The notes beneath the pieces were generated by a model, which worked only from the letters and a program-made list of their open reading frames with translations, ran no database searches and was not told where the DNA came from. From Tubiluchus corallicola (lineage: Eukaryota > Animalia > Priapulida), in assembly GCA_030141605.1 (NCBI GenBank), contig JAQGDQ010000046.1, positions 248,001 through 312,000 on the forward strand: 64,000 nt of DNA. The letters are read 5' to 3'. Positions 54,201 through 61,740 of this stretch are shown in pieces; positions within the stretch are counted from its first letter, which is position 1; every line of letters starts with the position of its first letter. Both the position numbers and the translations under genes were made by a program.

Positions 54201-57200
54201 TGCAATTCAACTTGCACGACCATAATACTGGTCAAAACAATTAATACCTTATTTGACTATTCAACTGTGGAACAATGTATTTGCTAATAATTTATTCACA
54301 ATATAGCAAAATAGATCAGATGTCTTGAGATAATTAGATACCGTAGTAATAAAATGCTGGCATCCAGGTATCTCACAACACCAAACAATTTAAAAAGCAA
54401 AAACTTTGCTTAGAGCTAAATAACAAAAATCAGAATGGTTATTTTAATAAGAGTTTGTCAAAGTCTTAAACTGGAAATTTAGTGAGTATTTGAAAGTCAA
54501 GACTAAGTTTATTTCTATAAGAAATTCCGCAGTAAAAAGACTTAAATAGTTCGAGTCTTATGAAGTTCCAAGTTGCCTTTTGGATACTTACTATAAACAA
54601 TACATTGCTCTCAAATCAAAATAACTTCAGTGCTGTCACAAATTAAATGCAGCCAAATGGATTAATTAAACTGTTACATTCCAGAAAATGGCTGAATAGC
54701 TGATCATGTTCAAACTTGTTGCCAATCTTAGAGAAAACCAGTAGAAGCTACACTCAAAACAGAAACAATCATGTGAAACTCTCAACTAGGTCTTTTTCAC
54801 AGTTCATTAACCGATATACCGATAGCCTGGCTAGCCTGGCACAAACAAACATAAAAATACCAAAAGAGTGTCTGATACCCTAATGAAAAATAAATCGCTA
54901 TTAGTACTATTTAAGCCTTATAGATCATGCCTCAGCTCAGATTTCTTACTTACATATTGATTCATCATTTTTTGATAGAAAATTCTAGGAAAGACACATA
55001 TAAACAAAACTTAAAACATGAGTACCGTTGTCTGTCTGCCCATGGTCCGTAGCTAAAATTGGTTCCCTTTCCTGTTTTTATTTCTAAGCTCCAACAAGGA
55101 GGAGGTGGCTCAACTCGGTCTCCAGTTACAAGTTCCAAAAGCTCCTCTTCTTCTGGTACTAATCCTAAAATAAACAACCTCAAATTAAGCGATGCGAATA
55201 ATGAGCAAAATCACATTAAACACATTACGATCGGCAAATTTCAAGTGTGAGTTTAAAATGAAAATACATAATGTATCAAACCTTTTTTACTAACTGGCAG
55301 TTTTTTATATAATTCTGCACACAGTAAGCTAGAATCTACCATTCAAGGGCAGGCCTGCTCAGTGTTGAGTTGGATTGAAGCATGGTGTATTTTCAAAGCT
55401 GACCTCCGAAGAGGAATCACTGAGTATCTCTGCTATGTTCAGACATACGTATAATGTATATACTGTCTTAACAAGATTGGCAATTAGAATCAGTACAGCA
55501 ATTAAAAATACCCAAAGGGAGTAGTGAAGTCTGGTGGTCGTGTTTCGTTCACTGCACCAATTCAGCATGGCTTAAAACCTTAGTTTAGAAGCAATGCATG
55601 TAACCAATCAACTATTCACCCATTCTATTAAACTGTGCACAGACTGACTCTTACACATGAAAAATTTCCAATCTATTTATCTAGTACTGAGTATCTTAAC
55701 AATGTTTGAAGAACAAAGTGGTAGCACAATTAATAATTAAAATAAAATGAGTTTACCTGGCTCATCAACTGTATAATAAGCTTGGATTTGATTGGACATT
55801 GCAACAACAAAACCTTCTCCCATGTAGCGTGGTGGCCTGCAACAGATAACACTCTATTACCAGTCATGTATAATTGCTAACCTTATTAATATTTCAAACA
55901 TCTGACTGCATAACCAAGGTGAAATTATACGTGAATACTCTATGATTAAGCAACTGATGATAAATGATTACTCGTCAGAACTGCCAATAAATTTCGGACT
56001 TGGCGCGAGCATGACACGAAAATTGTCCAGCTTAGCATCTACAAAATGTCGAAATCTATCTAGTGGACTCGTTGCTGATTTAGTTGTATAAAGAACATGA
56101 GCTTCATCAAAGTTAACCGAGAGAGATGTAGGAATGAGATGGTTTCCAGCCACAAATCGACCCTAAAAAGAAAAACTTGGTGATTTATACAAATTCTATA
56201 CATGTCTAAAAACACATTTTTAACCAGATTTAAGCATTATACTGTTTCTAAAATGTTTTCGATTTTTGTATAAATGCTGACAAATCGCCAAATCCACAGG
56301 TGTCCTTTAGTTCTATCATAAACATTGTACAAGGGTTTTAAAGGGTTTCACATATTTGAGAATGCTTGTTCACAAAAAGGATTATATTATAATAAGAAAT
56401 TCAAAAGATAAATACTTAAATTAATGCAGAGGTTTATCATTACTTACTGCCACGAAAAACAGTACACATTAAAACCAAAAAGGCATTTATTTTAGCAAAG
56501 TAAAAATTGGTATTTTACATGCTTTACTGACTATCTTACTTTAATAAAGCATTATAATTATAAAGTGTTAAATTATAAAAAGATTTAACCACCAGAACTA
56601 CAGTAATCACTAGACAAAGAACAGTACTTAGATTACTTTACTAAGCAGTTTTGCCAAAAACTCGAACAGCTTTATCTGCATTAAGTAAGCAATACTCAAC
56701 ACATGTTGACATAAACACTATATTAGAATTTACACTAACATATATATCATGTAGACCAAAATACGTTCTTTGCATATGAACTTGTGAAATGGCAAACATG
56801 AACCAAAAAATGCATAAGCAATTTTTAAACCTAAAGTATTGATATGTTTTAATTTTCTGATGGCTTACAATGCAAACAATAGCCTACATTTTTATAGCAC
56901 AAGTAATAAATAAAACCAAACAGTTTGTCGAGTTATTTTAACATTTAGCAATCCTAAAATTGTTGATTGATAAATATATCTAGCATTTTTATCTAGTTTT
57001 ATCTAGTTTTTTTATAAAACCTGCAAAGGTTAACTCAGATGCATCGTGATAAGTATCGCATCATGGGTTTAATATTGTGATATGTATCGTATCATGACCA
57101 AGATGAATTGTTACAGCCCTATATAGCTCCTCTACGTCAATGTAGGCTCCGGCTCTGTACTGTACATTCGTTGTATACTTCATCTGGGAATACAAGATAC

Positions 57201-60200
57201 TGCAATTCACAGCATTAGGATTAAATTCATTTTTCTCTTGATAACAAATCGTTATCATTACTTTATTTTCATTTTAAAGACCACGAGGTAAGTTGGTTGG
57301 TTTCTTTATTCGTTACATACGTCATTGTGACCATTTTTAACTGATGGTTAGCTGACCTTGTTCTGGCATCTAAATTTTTAGCATGCAAGTTTTTTAGCCA
57401 TGACTAAAAACTGCTAAAAAATAAACTTGTTACTTTTACAACCAAAAGCCAATGTACTGTAGTATCATACTGAGAAAATACAACTTTGTAGAGCACTTGC
57501 TTATAATGTTATCACACTTAAAACTTCAGTACATGTTTTCTGTGCCACCTATTATAATTTGTGTGGTATACATACAGACTGTATTTCAAACTTGATAACC
57601 GGAACGAGGTCTCTCCATTGTATACCATGACCCTGTATTTGTTTCTGAGCATGCTTTCGTTTTGCTTCCTCGGCCTTCATTTGCTGGAATATTAGTAATG
57701 CATACACTCAATGAGAAACATTGTATTTAATTATCCAAATGAATAAATGAATAACAAACAATAAAAAGTATGAGGGCGGTACTGCAGAGCTGTACTTATC
57801 TTGGAGATTTACAGGAGCTTGTTATAGTGATGGTAAACAGAAAATGCCATATTGAGTCTTATAAATTCAAAGTAGGTTATAAAATGGTTTTATCTGTCAA
57901 TGACTGATTATTACACCAAAAACACTTTTAGCAGTTTTGCTAACTTGGAATGCAAGTAATGATTTTCTTGCATTTTTAGATATCATAAGTTAACTGAACA
58001 ATAATGAAAAAAAGTACAACAGTGCAAAAAATTTTACCTGTAGTTTTTCAGGTGGAATAACTTTTGGGGTTAAGCCAAACGTAGTCTCCAACTTGGCATA
58101 TACAGAACTTCTATTATAAACATGCCATTCAAAACCATTGAGAAATAAAAATAGGCGTGTATCAGAATGTGATAAATCTGTCAAAGAAGTTAGGAAAGAT
58201 TACGTCATTTCAGCTTCTTTAACTGTGCAACTTAACATGAAAAATAATTTACAATGTATACATAATTTAAAGTGATGATAATGGAGGCACTGGTTTCGAC
58301 AATTAAATTTTCACATTTTATTTTATTTATTATAACCTCGGATAATTTAAGATTAAAATGCCTATAGTGCAGCACTTACAAATCGCTAACAAATGCTTGG
58401 ACTAATATTCGAACATTGCTGTGGAGTAACAAATTAAAATTATGATATATGACAACATATTAAACAAATTACGGCTATATGTACCAATTAATTATGTCTG
58501 GATTGCTGCTAAGTTAATGACGATACAGTCATTAACGAAATTATAAGACCACTAATTTATACATGATTTATACATGAATAAATAATCTAATTTATTTGTA
58601 ACAAAATGTGCTTTTCATAGTAAAATGGGACTGAGAGCTATGGGATTGTTGATGTCATAGAAAAAGACGATAACGTTATCGAAAGTGATGTAGATAGAAA
58701 TCATAATGTACAGTCATGTCCCAACTGTACCTACTGACTTTCAGTTGGGCATAAGCTATTCAAGCACAATTAAAGATGTATATTAGTCCCTACCAACAAT
58801 CCTGGGTATTAGTGACCTTAAACTTCTGTCAATGGCTGTACAGTAAGGTGTAGGAAATTGATAATACACATGTTTCTTTCACTTTAAAATCAATATAAAC
58901 ATTTATTTATGCATGCAATTAGGTTTACGTGTAGTTGGCTAGCGAAAAAATTAAAGAAAACAAATTACCAGTTTATGTGAACAATGAACTGGGGAAACGT
59001 GTGTAAAATTCCTAACTCAGTTTAAATAATGGTAAACAGAGTTATGCAAATAGTAGACTGTGCAAGTTTAACTATCTTCACGGCCTAAAAGTAATTCACA
59101 TATTGTCATAAACTTAACAAACTTGGTAATTTAAGTATTTAAATTAAACCAATTGTCCTATAATATTTAATAACATAAAAATACACTAGTAAATGAAGAT
59201 CTTGTAATACTGATCTGATACTTTTACCTTCAGTGATTTCCCTTTTAAAATAGGGTCGCCACCAACCAAAGATGGCAAACCCATCTTGTACGCGCACGGT
59301 GAAATCTTCATTGATATAGTACACGTCTCGAAACATGATCTTACCAGACAGCACAGAAAATGAAAAGGAACCTATAACAGAATAAACACATACTTATAAG
59401 ACAAAGTTAATTATTAAATAACTAGTTATAGATAAAATATCAAGTTAGATGCGATAAATGTCTTCCACATTGAAAATGAAATGCGCCCAAAGCTATCCAT
59501 CTATAGCTACTTACTGTCGACATATGCCACAAAGTAAATGTAAGCATAAAAATTAGCACAAAATTAGCAAAACTTCGTAGCAGATGAACCCATTCAGCAT
59601 TTTTCATTATGAGCATTTAATGTAATTTATGCTCTTTTTTAGTTTAATTAATTCAATTGTTATTTTGAGTTGTTTCTTTCATTTAATAGGATTTTGTTTT
59701 GTTTCAGTGAATATGGCACCAATTTTGAAGCTTCATGCAAGAACTGATTTCCATAATTATCATCCATAAATGCACACACTGCTTTATTTACTTTAAATTA
59801 CTTTTATATTATTTCAATTAATTATGCTTTTGTGTTTGTTAATCTTAAATTTTGCTTATGTTAATTGTTCAATTTTCCCATTGTGATACTATCATTATTT
59901 ATCACAATCTATTTTTAGCATTTTAGTGAATTTTAAAAAATGAATTTTGTAAAATCAATAGCTACTCAAGTTATGAAAAGTACAAACTCGCTTAAATAAG
60001 GGGGGGCTGACTTAATTGGCTGTATGATCCATTTGCCACCCCTTTTCCTTTCTTTCCACATATACTCTATAGAAAACAGCTTTCTCTTTATTAAATTACA
60101 GTAAGTCTGCTCTTAACGAACTCCACTTTTAGCTACATTTCGTTTATCCAGGTAGACAGTGAAATTAAGAAGTGGGACAAAATTTTGCCAATGGCTTTAT

Positions 60201-61110
60201 AGTATTGAAAAGAAGCTTGAAAAAGAAATTGAAGAAGAAATTGAAAGCATCTGTATATTCAACAAATGCTAGATTTTTTTGCAAAGGACAAGCAAAGAAG
60301 AAAGAGGAAGAAATGACACAATCATTTCTCTTGGATTAATCAGAGGAGACATATCTATGTAAGAAAGAGTCTATGTTTCAAATTTGAATTTTCATGCAAA
60401 CTTTAATTCTCTTTACTTTTTAGTTAAAAATTGTCAGTGATAAATATCATAAAATGTTTGATTTATGAACAAGCATTATTAGTTTTTGTCTGGCAAGGCA
60501 ACTGAAAGTTTAACATAGCCAGGCATTATTGATTTTTGTCCTTTAGTGAACATTCTTACATAAGCCAGACATTATTGATCTTCGGGTGGTGAACACAACT
60601 GAATGCTTTTACATTGTTTTCCCATAACAGATGTTTCCCTTAACCACAGGATTACTAACTTACCATTATATTTCTATATAATGTTAAACTCGTAGGAGAT
60701 AAATCTAACTTGTGTTTTCTTATCTAGCCACCTATCCTACTTGTATATATCGAGGCTTTGCAACAAAGGTTGTAACCAACTAACCATCTATTATTAACCA
60801 TCCAGGAGGCTTGGGACCATTCTTCCTCTTTAGTACTGTCAACTATAAATTTATGTGTAAACTCAAAAACGTATGGAAAAATGGAAACATAGTCTAAATT
60901 ACAAGCACACGTACCAACATGTAGATAGCCATCTTTATAAATTTTGTTGAGAAACTTGGTGAGAACAAAGCCGAGAACACGAGAGTTATAGTAAATAAGG
61001 TAAACCACCCAGACAGTTGTAATGAAGAGAGAGAAGAGTAGCCATGGAAAGCTAACAGTGAGGTCGATCTCAAACCTCTGACGAATACCATCACTCAGTC
61101 CTGCAGCCAT
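81..61110 (-). CDS. BLTP1: Bridge-like lipid transfer protein 1 (KIAA1109/tweek/LPD-3 ortholog), multi-exon; 59 exons in window, 3' end runs off the left edge
   Basis: The spliced translation contains family hallmarks I recognise: N-terminal TM helix plus YYNSRVLG, SFSVLSGKIMFRDV, YGPWADRQR, LEYAWLVE, DIPQHPVVLHGMM, EHSLTTDLLNHLVFVQKVFMKEINEVVQKVSG, VWLNYKNAYEYWNEQR and FPVDVVVYLRVQPS. All 58 introns are GT-AG or GC-AG with matching phases. Confidence 0.96.
681..783 (-). CDS. BLTP1: BLTP1 exon 58
   Basis: ETFISPTLLDFLEEALDVFP; phase 0-1. Confidence 0.92.
1240..1461 (-). CDS. BLTP1: BLTP1 exon 57
   Basis: VHYNSKT...SGMKRANLYAWLSLQTVE; phase 0-0. Confidence 0.9.
2033..2216 (-). CDS. BLTP1: BLTP1 exon 56
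   Basis: ...DEAAVFYIPGLTVK; phase 2-0. Confidence 0.88.
3021..3054. repeat. (AT)n microsatellite
   Basis: atatatatatttgtatatatatatatatatatat. Confidence 0.9.
3103..3273 (-). CDS. BLTP1: BLTP1 exon 55
   Basis: TEPSVDFEMSLKVVIDSGKCVLHT; phase 2-2. Confidence 0.9.
3896..4102 (-). CDS. BLTP1: BLTP1 exon 54
   Basis: STALPDPSVREE...YLPSEDEDEDVEDSAQKRPL; phase 2-2. Confidence 0.8.
4398..4511 (-). CDS. BLTP1: BLTP1 exon 53
   Basis: SAAPDLSPVADEGSVTHINEAQQLSMPDF; donor AA|GTAAGT; phase 2-2. Confidence 0.75.
6377..6477 (-). CDS. BLTP1: BLTP1 exon 52
   Basis: ALSFKDKLGGRSSTMMFPHRTSSAVRSVHSVQR; phase 0-2. Confidence 0.83.
7334..7454 (-). CDS. BLTP1: BLTP1 exon 51
   Basis: QLGASETTIEEEMRKLQELEAAVFQGFRRDVFNRFRRQS; phase 2-0. 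Confidence 0.9.
7558..7700 (-). CDS. BLTP1: BLTP1 exon 50
   Basis: LPPFVFDANVDAKRHSRLIEQEINEQSKLINDL; phase 0-2. Confidence 0.92.
9090..9301 (-). CDS. BLTP1: BLTP1 exon 49
   Basis: NAKWILSVFWQMQGLNLQFDTNIGRYFSALTKTLT; phase 1-0. Confidence 0.92.
9498..9632 (-). CDS. BLTP1: BLTP1 exon 48
   Basis: FCLRFADEFEITWDDWKPD...MNYCVVPEGTYEVCSRT; phase 1-1. Confidence 0.93.
9971..10078. mobile_element. Tiny PIF/Harbinger-like MITE remnant
   Basis: Starts GGGCCCAATTTCACAAAG; perfect 15-bp inverted repeat 9979-9993 / 10056-10070. Confidence 0.55.
10245..10368 (-). CDS. BLTP1: BLTP1 exon 47
   Basis: ALVLTLESSRISACSRNSLVSKGKFK; phase 0-1. Confidence 0.92.
10768..10976 (-). CDS. BLTP1: BLTP1 exon 46
   Basis: ILVWLNYKNAYEYWNEQR...GTLFIQLTMTDMGICLP; phase 1-0. 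Confidence 0.93.
11887..12073 (-). CDS. BLTP1: BLTP1 exon 45
   Basis: FEEAEPEF..AFFKTRIGLRNALQ...EAVLIILTRPIISIQPVALDK; phase 0-1. Confidence 0.93.
12177..12250 (-). CDS. BLTP1: BLTP1 exon 44
   Basis: VKLFGKLQVDLNVALGQLLK; phase 1-0. Confidence 0.9.
12740..12854 (-). CDS. BLTP1: BLTP1 exon 43
   Basis: GIQITATTPTSTAVRLETGMVEVELSNRVQ; weaker donor A|GTAGTT; phase 0-1. Confidence 0.88.
13891..14028 (-). CDS. BLTP1: BLTP1 exon 42
   Basis: EINEVVQKVSGADQPV...LLYSVIFHLK; phase 0-0. Confidence 0.92.
14328..16273 (-). mobile_element. Tigger/pogo (Tc1/mariner superfamily) DNA transposon, decayed
   Basis: TA flanks, TIR starting CAGTAAGTC at both ends; transposase remnants: CENP-B HTH (FTASPGWFQRFKK), FNVDQTGLFWK and C-terminal KQPTMDYFY, split by frameshifts. 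Confidence 0.9.
14623..15886 (-). pseudogene. Fragmented Tigger-type transposase
   Basis: ORFs 15443-15886 and 14623-15123 are in different frames; the N-terminal HTH and much of the DDE core appear to be missing. Confidence 0.82.
16623..16868 (-). CDS. BLTP1: BLTP1 exon 41
   Basis: AEIGSFEHSLTTDLLNHLVFVQKVFMK; phase 0-0. Confidence 0.94.
17665..17754 (-). CDS. BLTP1: BLTP1 exon 40
   Basis: MEKITSSGVTGSKAKFVVNLPNHKLSFNSK; phase 0-0. Confidence 0.92.
17852..18068 (-). CDS. BLTP1: BLTP1 exon 39
   Basis: ...LVIRFCITLEGLAISAALLPSLKSQYK; AAG acceptor; phase 2-0. Confidence 0.87.
18932..19144 (-). CDS. BLTP1: BLTP1 exon 38
   Basis: TVVSVGLKKS...DIPQHPVVLHGMMTRGSKRLSSTLQE; phase 2-2. Confidence 0.93.
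19738..19831 (-). CDS. BLTP1: BLTP1 exon 37
   Basis: RRKITESSVSGHIGNIVVVLFEGTVPNLQ; phase 1-2. Confidence 0.9.
20685..20825 (-). CDS. BLTP1: BLTP1 exon 36
   Basis: ENIPFVLVGVARVKRTKLLATLSGLKLESEI; phase 1-1. Confidence 0.92.
21011..21189. mobile_element. 179-bp Tc2/pogo-type MITE
   Basis: TA TSD; 25-bp TIR CCGTATTT(A/T)TTCGAGTATAACGCGC with one mismatch. Confidence 0.88.
21559..21651 (-). CDS. BLTP1: BLTP1 exon 35
   Basis: VGETRIDMSAVTDTTKFDVTDTPGEKAVLR; phase 1-1. Confidence 0.75.
22379..22468 (-). CDS. BLTP1: BLTP1 exon 34 (candidate cassette exon, 90 nt)
   Basis: ttgcag|...SELKFSDETRTRYWLNDSTCEKDFVYDST G|GTAGGA; symmetric phase 1; no conserved motif recognised. Confidence 0.55.
22485..22695. 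repeat. Degenerate (ACA)n / (TGT)n microsatellite
   Basis: Runs such as aacaacaacaatgacaa and acaacaacaacgaacaatga. Confidence 0.7.
23255..23406 (-). CDS. BLTP1: BLTP1 exon 33
   Basis: SPRTRTRSSLKG...GKYELLVDDDDSEAEKEE; donor A|GTAAGT; phase 2-1. Confidence 0.8.
24788..26310 (-). CDS. BLTP1: BLTP1 exon 32 (1,523 nt, largest exon)
   Basis: 510-aa ORF containing DLYQWMVRQQ, QYINMPMLRLLHQ and PKCWRNLYHLLNLY; phase 0-2. Confidence 0.93.
27196..29153 (+). mobile_element. Helentron-associated (HINE/DINE-1-like) element, interrupted by the Tigger copy
   Basis: 5' TTTTACCTCTGCCGAGGAAGTTA followed by (GTTT)n; 3' TTTGACAGAGATCTG...ACTGAGGGCATTATAGTTTT, a diverged form of the typical subTIR plus short hairpin end. 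Confidence 0.6.
27495..28786 (-). mobile_element. Tigger/pogo non-autonomous element retaining the DNA-binding region
   Basis: TA TSDs; TIR CAGTAGGTGCCGCTCAATAGACTCAC vs CAGTAGGCACCGCTTAGTAGACTCAC; ORF 27860-28261 encodes HTH-psq and the start of a CENP-B HTH (KRKDLTAKRK...ISQSTLSRILK...VESALKVWF). Confidence 0.92.
30141..30253 (-). CDS. BLTP1: BLTP1 exon 31
   Basis: GLMALTRQWKRLVYMP...; donor AGG|GTGTGT chosen because its phase matches exon 32. Confidence 0.82.
31490..31652 (-). CDS. BLTP1: BLTP1 exon 30
   Basis: EKYGKLSSVARVHQDDPSSQLINVLHRY; phase 0-1. Confidence 0.9.
32198..32378 (-). CDS. BLTP1: BLTP1 exon 29
   Basis: LDWHLLSTATPAIDAWLSPGDKL...MMTEALE; phase 2-0. Confidence 0.92.
32753..32898 (-). 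CDS. BLTP1: BLTP1 exon 28
   Basis: GDAASCKINFGQIWLNFAAPP...RKMEFTR; phase 0-2. Confidence 0.9.
33058..34767. mobile_element. Non-autonomous long-TIR DNA transposon (Academ-like)
   Basis: Degenerate inverted repeats of ~200 bp (GGCATTTTTTCTAAAAGT...TAGCCAGTCTTATCAA); termini TAGTCTAG and CTAGACCA; TTT on both flanks; no coding remnant. The superfamily call is an inference. Confidence 0.7.
35161..35856 (-). CDS. BLTP1: BLTP1 exon 27
   Basis: VNICVLQVSIVEEIITFSALDNVKDLTCVSLFAVC...GFIMSEAGIENI; phase 0-0. Confidence 0.92.
36068..36311 (-). CDS. BLTP1: BLTP1 exon 26
   Basis: FVETLTSSYATEHPSSVLDRIH...; phase 2-0. Confidence 0.88.
37052..37169 (-). CDS. BLTP1: BLTP1 exon 25 (ends at a GC donor)
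   Basis: ATKTTAIVRLKGSVDAVISPLVLEIVQR; donor AAG|GCAAGT; phase 1-2. Confidence 0.87.
37418..37900 (-). CDS. BLTP1: BLTP1 exon 24
   Basis: SYTSAVSSQDSAGLVDLRGQLNKPITQSHILMSCY; phase 1-1. Confidence 0.9.
38663..38797 (-). CDS. BLTP1: BLTP1 exon 23 (Ser-rich, symmetric phase 1)
   Basis: YSEYEIKTVYKPSSESQSFPSSSITSYMQIAAVDEVHPVTTRQS; AG/GTAAAT. Confidence 0.75.
39226..39796 (-). CDS. BLTP1: BLTP1 exon 22 (Ser-rich, probably disordered)
   Basis: 571-nt open frame between ctag and G|GTAAGC; contains DDFVSADE; phase 0-1. Confidence 0.85.
40232..40404 (-). CDS. BLTP1: BLTP1 exon 21
   Basis: GGCRFFGKNRNGSSFF...PGFGQSILQPHQLIF; phase 1-0. Confidence 0.92.
41067..41298 (-). CDS. BLTP1: BLTP1 exon 20
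   Basis: WVEAGGITLGPI...FLRLHDQRTKRLWFLW...KCGCL; phase 0-1. Confidence 0.93.
41696..41803 (-). CDS. BLTP1: BLTP1 exon 19
   Basis: LWPVRISTCNLHSSMTSAGVTALINYIHLKQFIMSE; phase 0-0. Confidence 0.9.
42418..42666 (-). CDS. BLTP1: BLTP1 exon 18
   Basis: LSSIVTALETF...CPTAEDIKYRMSRIAIDSVELYFVES; phase 0-0. Confidence 0.92.
43304..43480 (-). CDS. BLTP1: BLTP1 exon 17
   Basis: GHLQLSGLQIRGHAMFSAEGLSLDSETLEYAWLVEAQLG; phase 0-0. Confidence 0.94.
43822..44371. mobile_element. Kolobok-like MITE
   Basis: TTAA on both flanks; 25-bp imperfect TIR AGGAAAACTGGATGACTGTGTAAAC vs AGGAAGACCGGACGATTGTTTAGAC. Confidence 0.8.
44758..44895 (-). CDS. BLTP1: BLTP1 exon 16
   Basis: HCNEGDPPCPNVFIERIGFELVKGYRETQLQVLISP; phase 0-0. 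Confidence 0.92.
45246..45670. repeat. Tandem duplication, two diverged copies, period ~230 bp
   Basis: ATTATTCTAATATCAAATT.GTCAAAATATACCTTACAACAAAAGAGGTA and its flanks occur twice, at about 45310 and 45540. Confidence 0.9.
45933..46109 (-). CDS. BLTP1: BLTP1 exon 15
   Basis: ENYLGEDQMIFDM...FDPRMYRPLAVKVSLTAHEIHAHLMK; phase 0-0. Confidence 0.92.
46330..46549 (-). CDS. BLTP1: BLTP1 exon 14
   Basis: EVNLATPEQEEALLSSIRP...FDPTTLQPD...LFGSVIRLVLHLK; phase 2-0. Confidence 0.92.
46731..47589 (-). mobile_element. Tigger MITE, internal-deletion derivative of the 27495-28786 family
   Basis: TA TSDs, same TIR (CAGTAGGCACCACTTAATAGACTCAC); colinear with the other copy except that the ORF segment is missing. 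Confidence 0.92.
47637..47887 (-). CDS. BLTP1: BLTP1 exon 13
   Basis: GENLTACLYLPECYTSR...GWVDIVYAPILALSITYTYWPIPP; phase 0-2. Confidence 0.92.
49413..49510 (-). CDS. BLTP1: BLTP1 exon 12
   Basis: YLAATGDLFDFSFELAFVDYLPPSLPVHMWLQ; phase 1-0. Confidence 0.9.
50283..50438 (-). CDS. BLTP1: BLTP1 exon 11
   Basis: DLMDDWSSKMRPDIFHFIPYTW...NEWNWIDCSSQLPEN; phase 1-1. Confidence 0.93.
52691..52808 (-). CDS. BLTP1: BLTP1 exon 10
   Basis: YDIRMVYPRYWNMHQHWYCDLKGSKAT...FAHKKFIT; phase 0-1. Confidence 0.9.
52977..53147 (-). CDS. BLTP1: BLTP1 exon 9
   Basis: ETNALYLNMGAGSCCEITIPW...ETETLE; phase 0-0. Confidence 0.92.
53944..54100 (-). CDS. BLTP1: BLTP1 exon 8
   Basis: EHLYNMFYPSDYQP...DATADILFSKNK; phase 2-0. 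Confidence 0.92.
55026..55164 (-). CDS. BLTP1: BLTP1 exon 7
   Basis: GLVPEEE...WSLEIKTGKGTNFSYGPWADRQR; phase 1-2. Confidence 0.93.
55757..55836 (-). CDS. BLTP1: BLTP1 exon 6
   Basis: PPRYMGEGFVVAMSNQIQAYYTVDEP; phase 2-1. Confidence 0.92.
55972..56162 (-). CDS. BLTP1: BLTP1 exon 5
   Basis: GRFVAGNHLIPTSL...NFRVMLAPSPKF; phase 0-2. Confidence 0.92.
57040..57121. mobile_element. hAT-like terminus (solo)
   Basis: Ends in CAGCCCTA (reverse complement TAGGGCTG), preceded by ATCG-rich subterminal repeats; partner end not found. Confidence 0.35.
57576..57683 (-). CDS. BLTP1: BLTP1 exon 4
   Basis: QMKAEE...IQWRDLVPVIKFEIQS; phase 0-0. Confidence 0.88.
58038..58177 (-). CDS. BLTP1: BLTP1 exon 3
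   Basis: DLSHSDTRLFLFLNGFEWHVYNRSSVYAKLE; phase 1-0. Confidence 0.92.
59228..59371 (-). CDS. BLTP1: BLTP1 exon 2
   Basis: GSFSFSVLSGKIMFRDVYYINEDFTVRVQDG...WWRPY; AG/GT, phase 1-1. Confidence 0.92.
60099..60660. mobile_element. Degraded Tigger-like MITE fragment
   Basis: TA-CAGTAAGTCTGCTCTTAACGAA left end; duplicated AGCCAG(G/A)CATTATTGAT motifs at about 60515 and 60560; right TIR not found. Confidence 0.4.
60915..61110 (-). CDS. BLTP1: BLTP1 coding exon 1 (start codon, N-terminal TM anchor)
   Basis: MAAGLSD...FPWLLFSLFITTVWVVYLIYYNSRVLGFVLTKFLNKIYKDGYLHV; donor G|GTACGT; upstream acceptor tttcag at 61133. Confidence 0.9.
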
Positions 61111-61498
61111 TCTTTATCTTAAGTGCTACCTCCTGAAATAAGAAAAAATATTATTTTTATTCTTATGTATCATAAAAAATATACAGTCACAAATGACACA
61201 GTAACAGTTTTTTATTCATTTGTTTTTCTAATAATAATTATAACTATTGAATAATAATAACTATTATTATTATCATCTTCGTTAACAACTTAATATTAAT
61301 ATTCGCTGTGCATATTACAGTGTTTTATTGTTCAGGAATACTTCAAAGAAATTAAAGTTTTCAGCAATATCCATACCGCTTAGGAGATTACGCAGACGCA
61401 TATAAATAGTAAAATGTGTACGGTCCCACATGCACATCAAGGCTCAAGCAGCATTCTAGTCTAGCGCTCAGGCCACCTGAAATACAAACAATACTTAC

Positions 61499-61740
61499 AG
61501 AACAAGAGCTCGGCGTCCACTGCTGGCTAAATATTATCCTAAATATGCAGCTGCTGTGATGATTTTTACTGCTGACCGTTTATCACCAACATTTGAATAT
61601 AGTGAAAGACAACACTACATTTAAGGGAATGGCTGAGTAGTCACGGCATGTGCTTAGTAAGTCAAGTGAAGTAAAACTAGGTCTGCTTACAAAAACAGAT
61701 GGATGATCACAAAAAAACTTCTTCTCGTTGGTTATCTTAT
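61499..61740 (-). other. Candidate 5'-UTR exon of BLTP1 (5' boundary uncertain)
   Basis: Strong donor CT|GTAAGT at 61498; candidate acceptors at 61741 and 61527. The first coding exon begins with an acceptor, so an upstream exon or trans-splicing is required. Confidence 0.35.
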
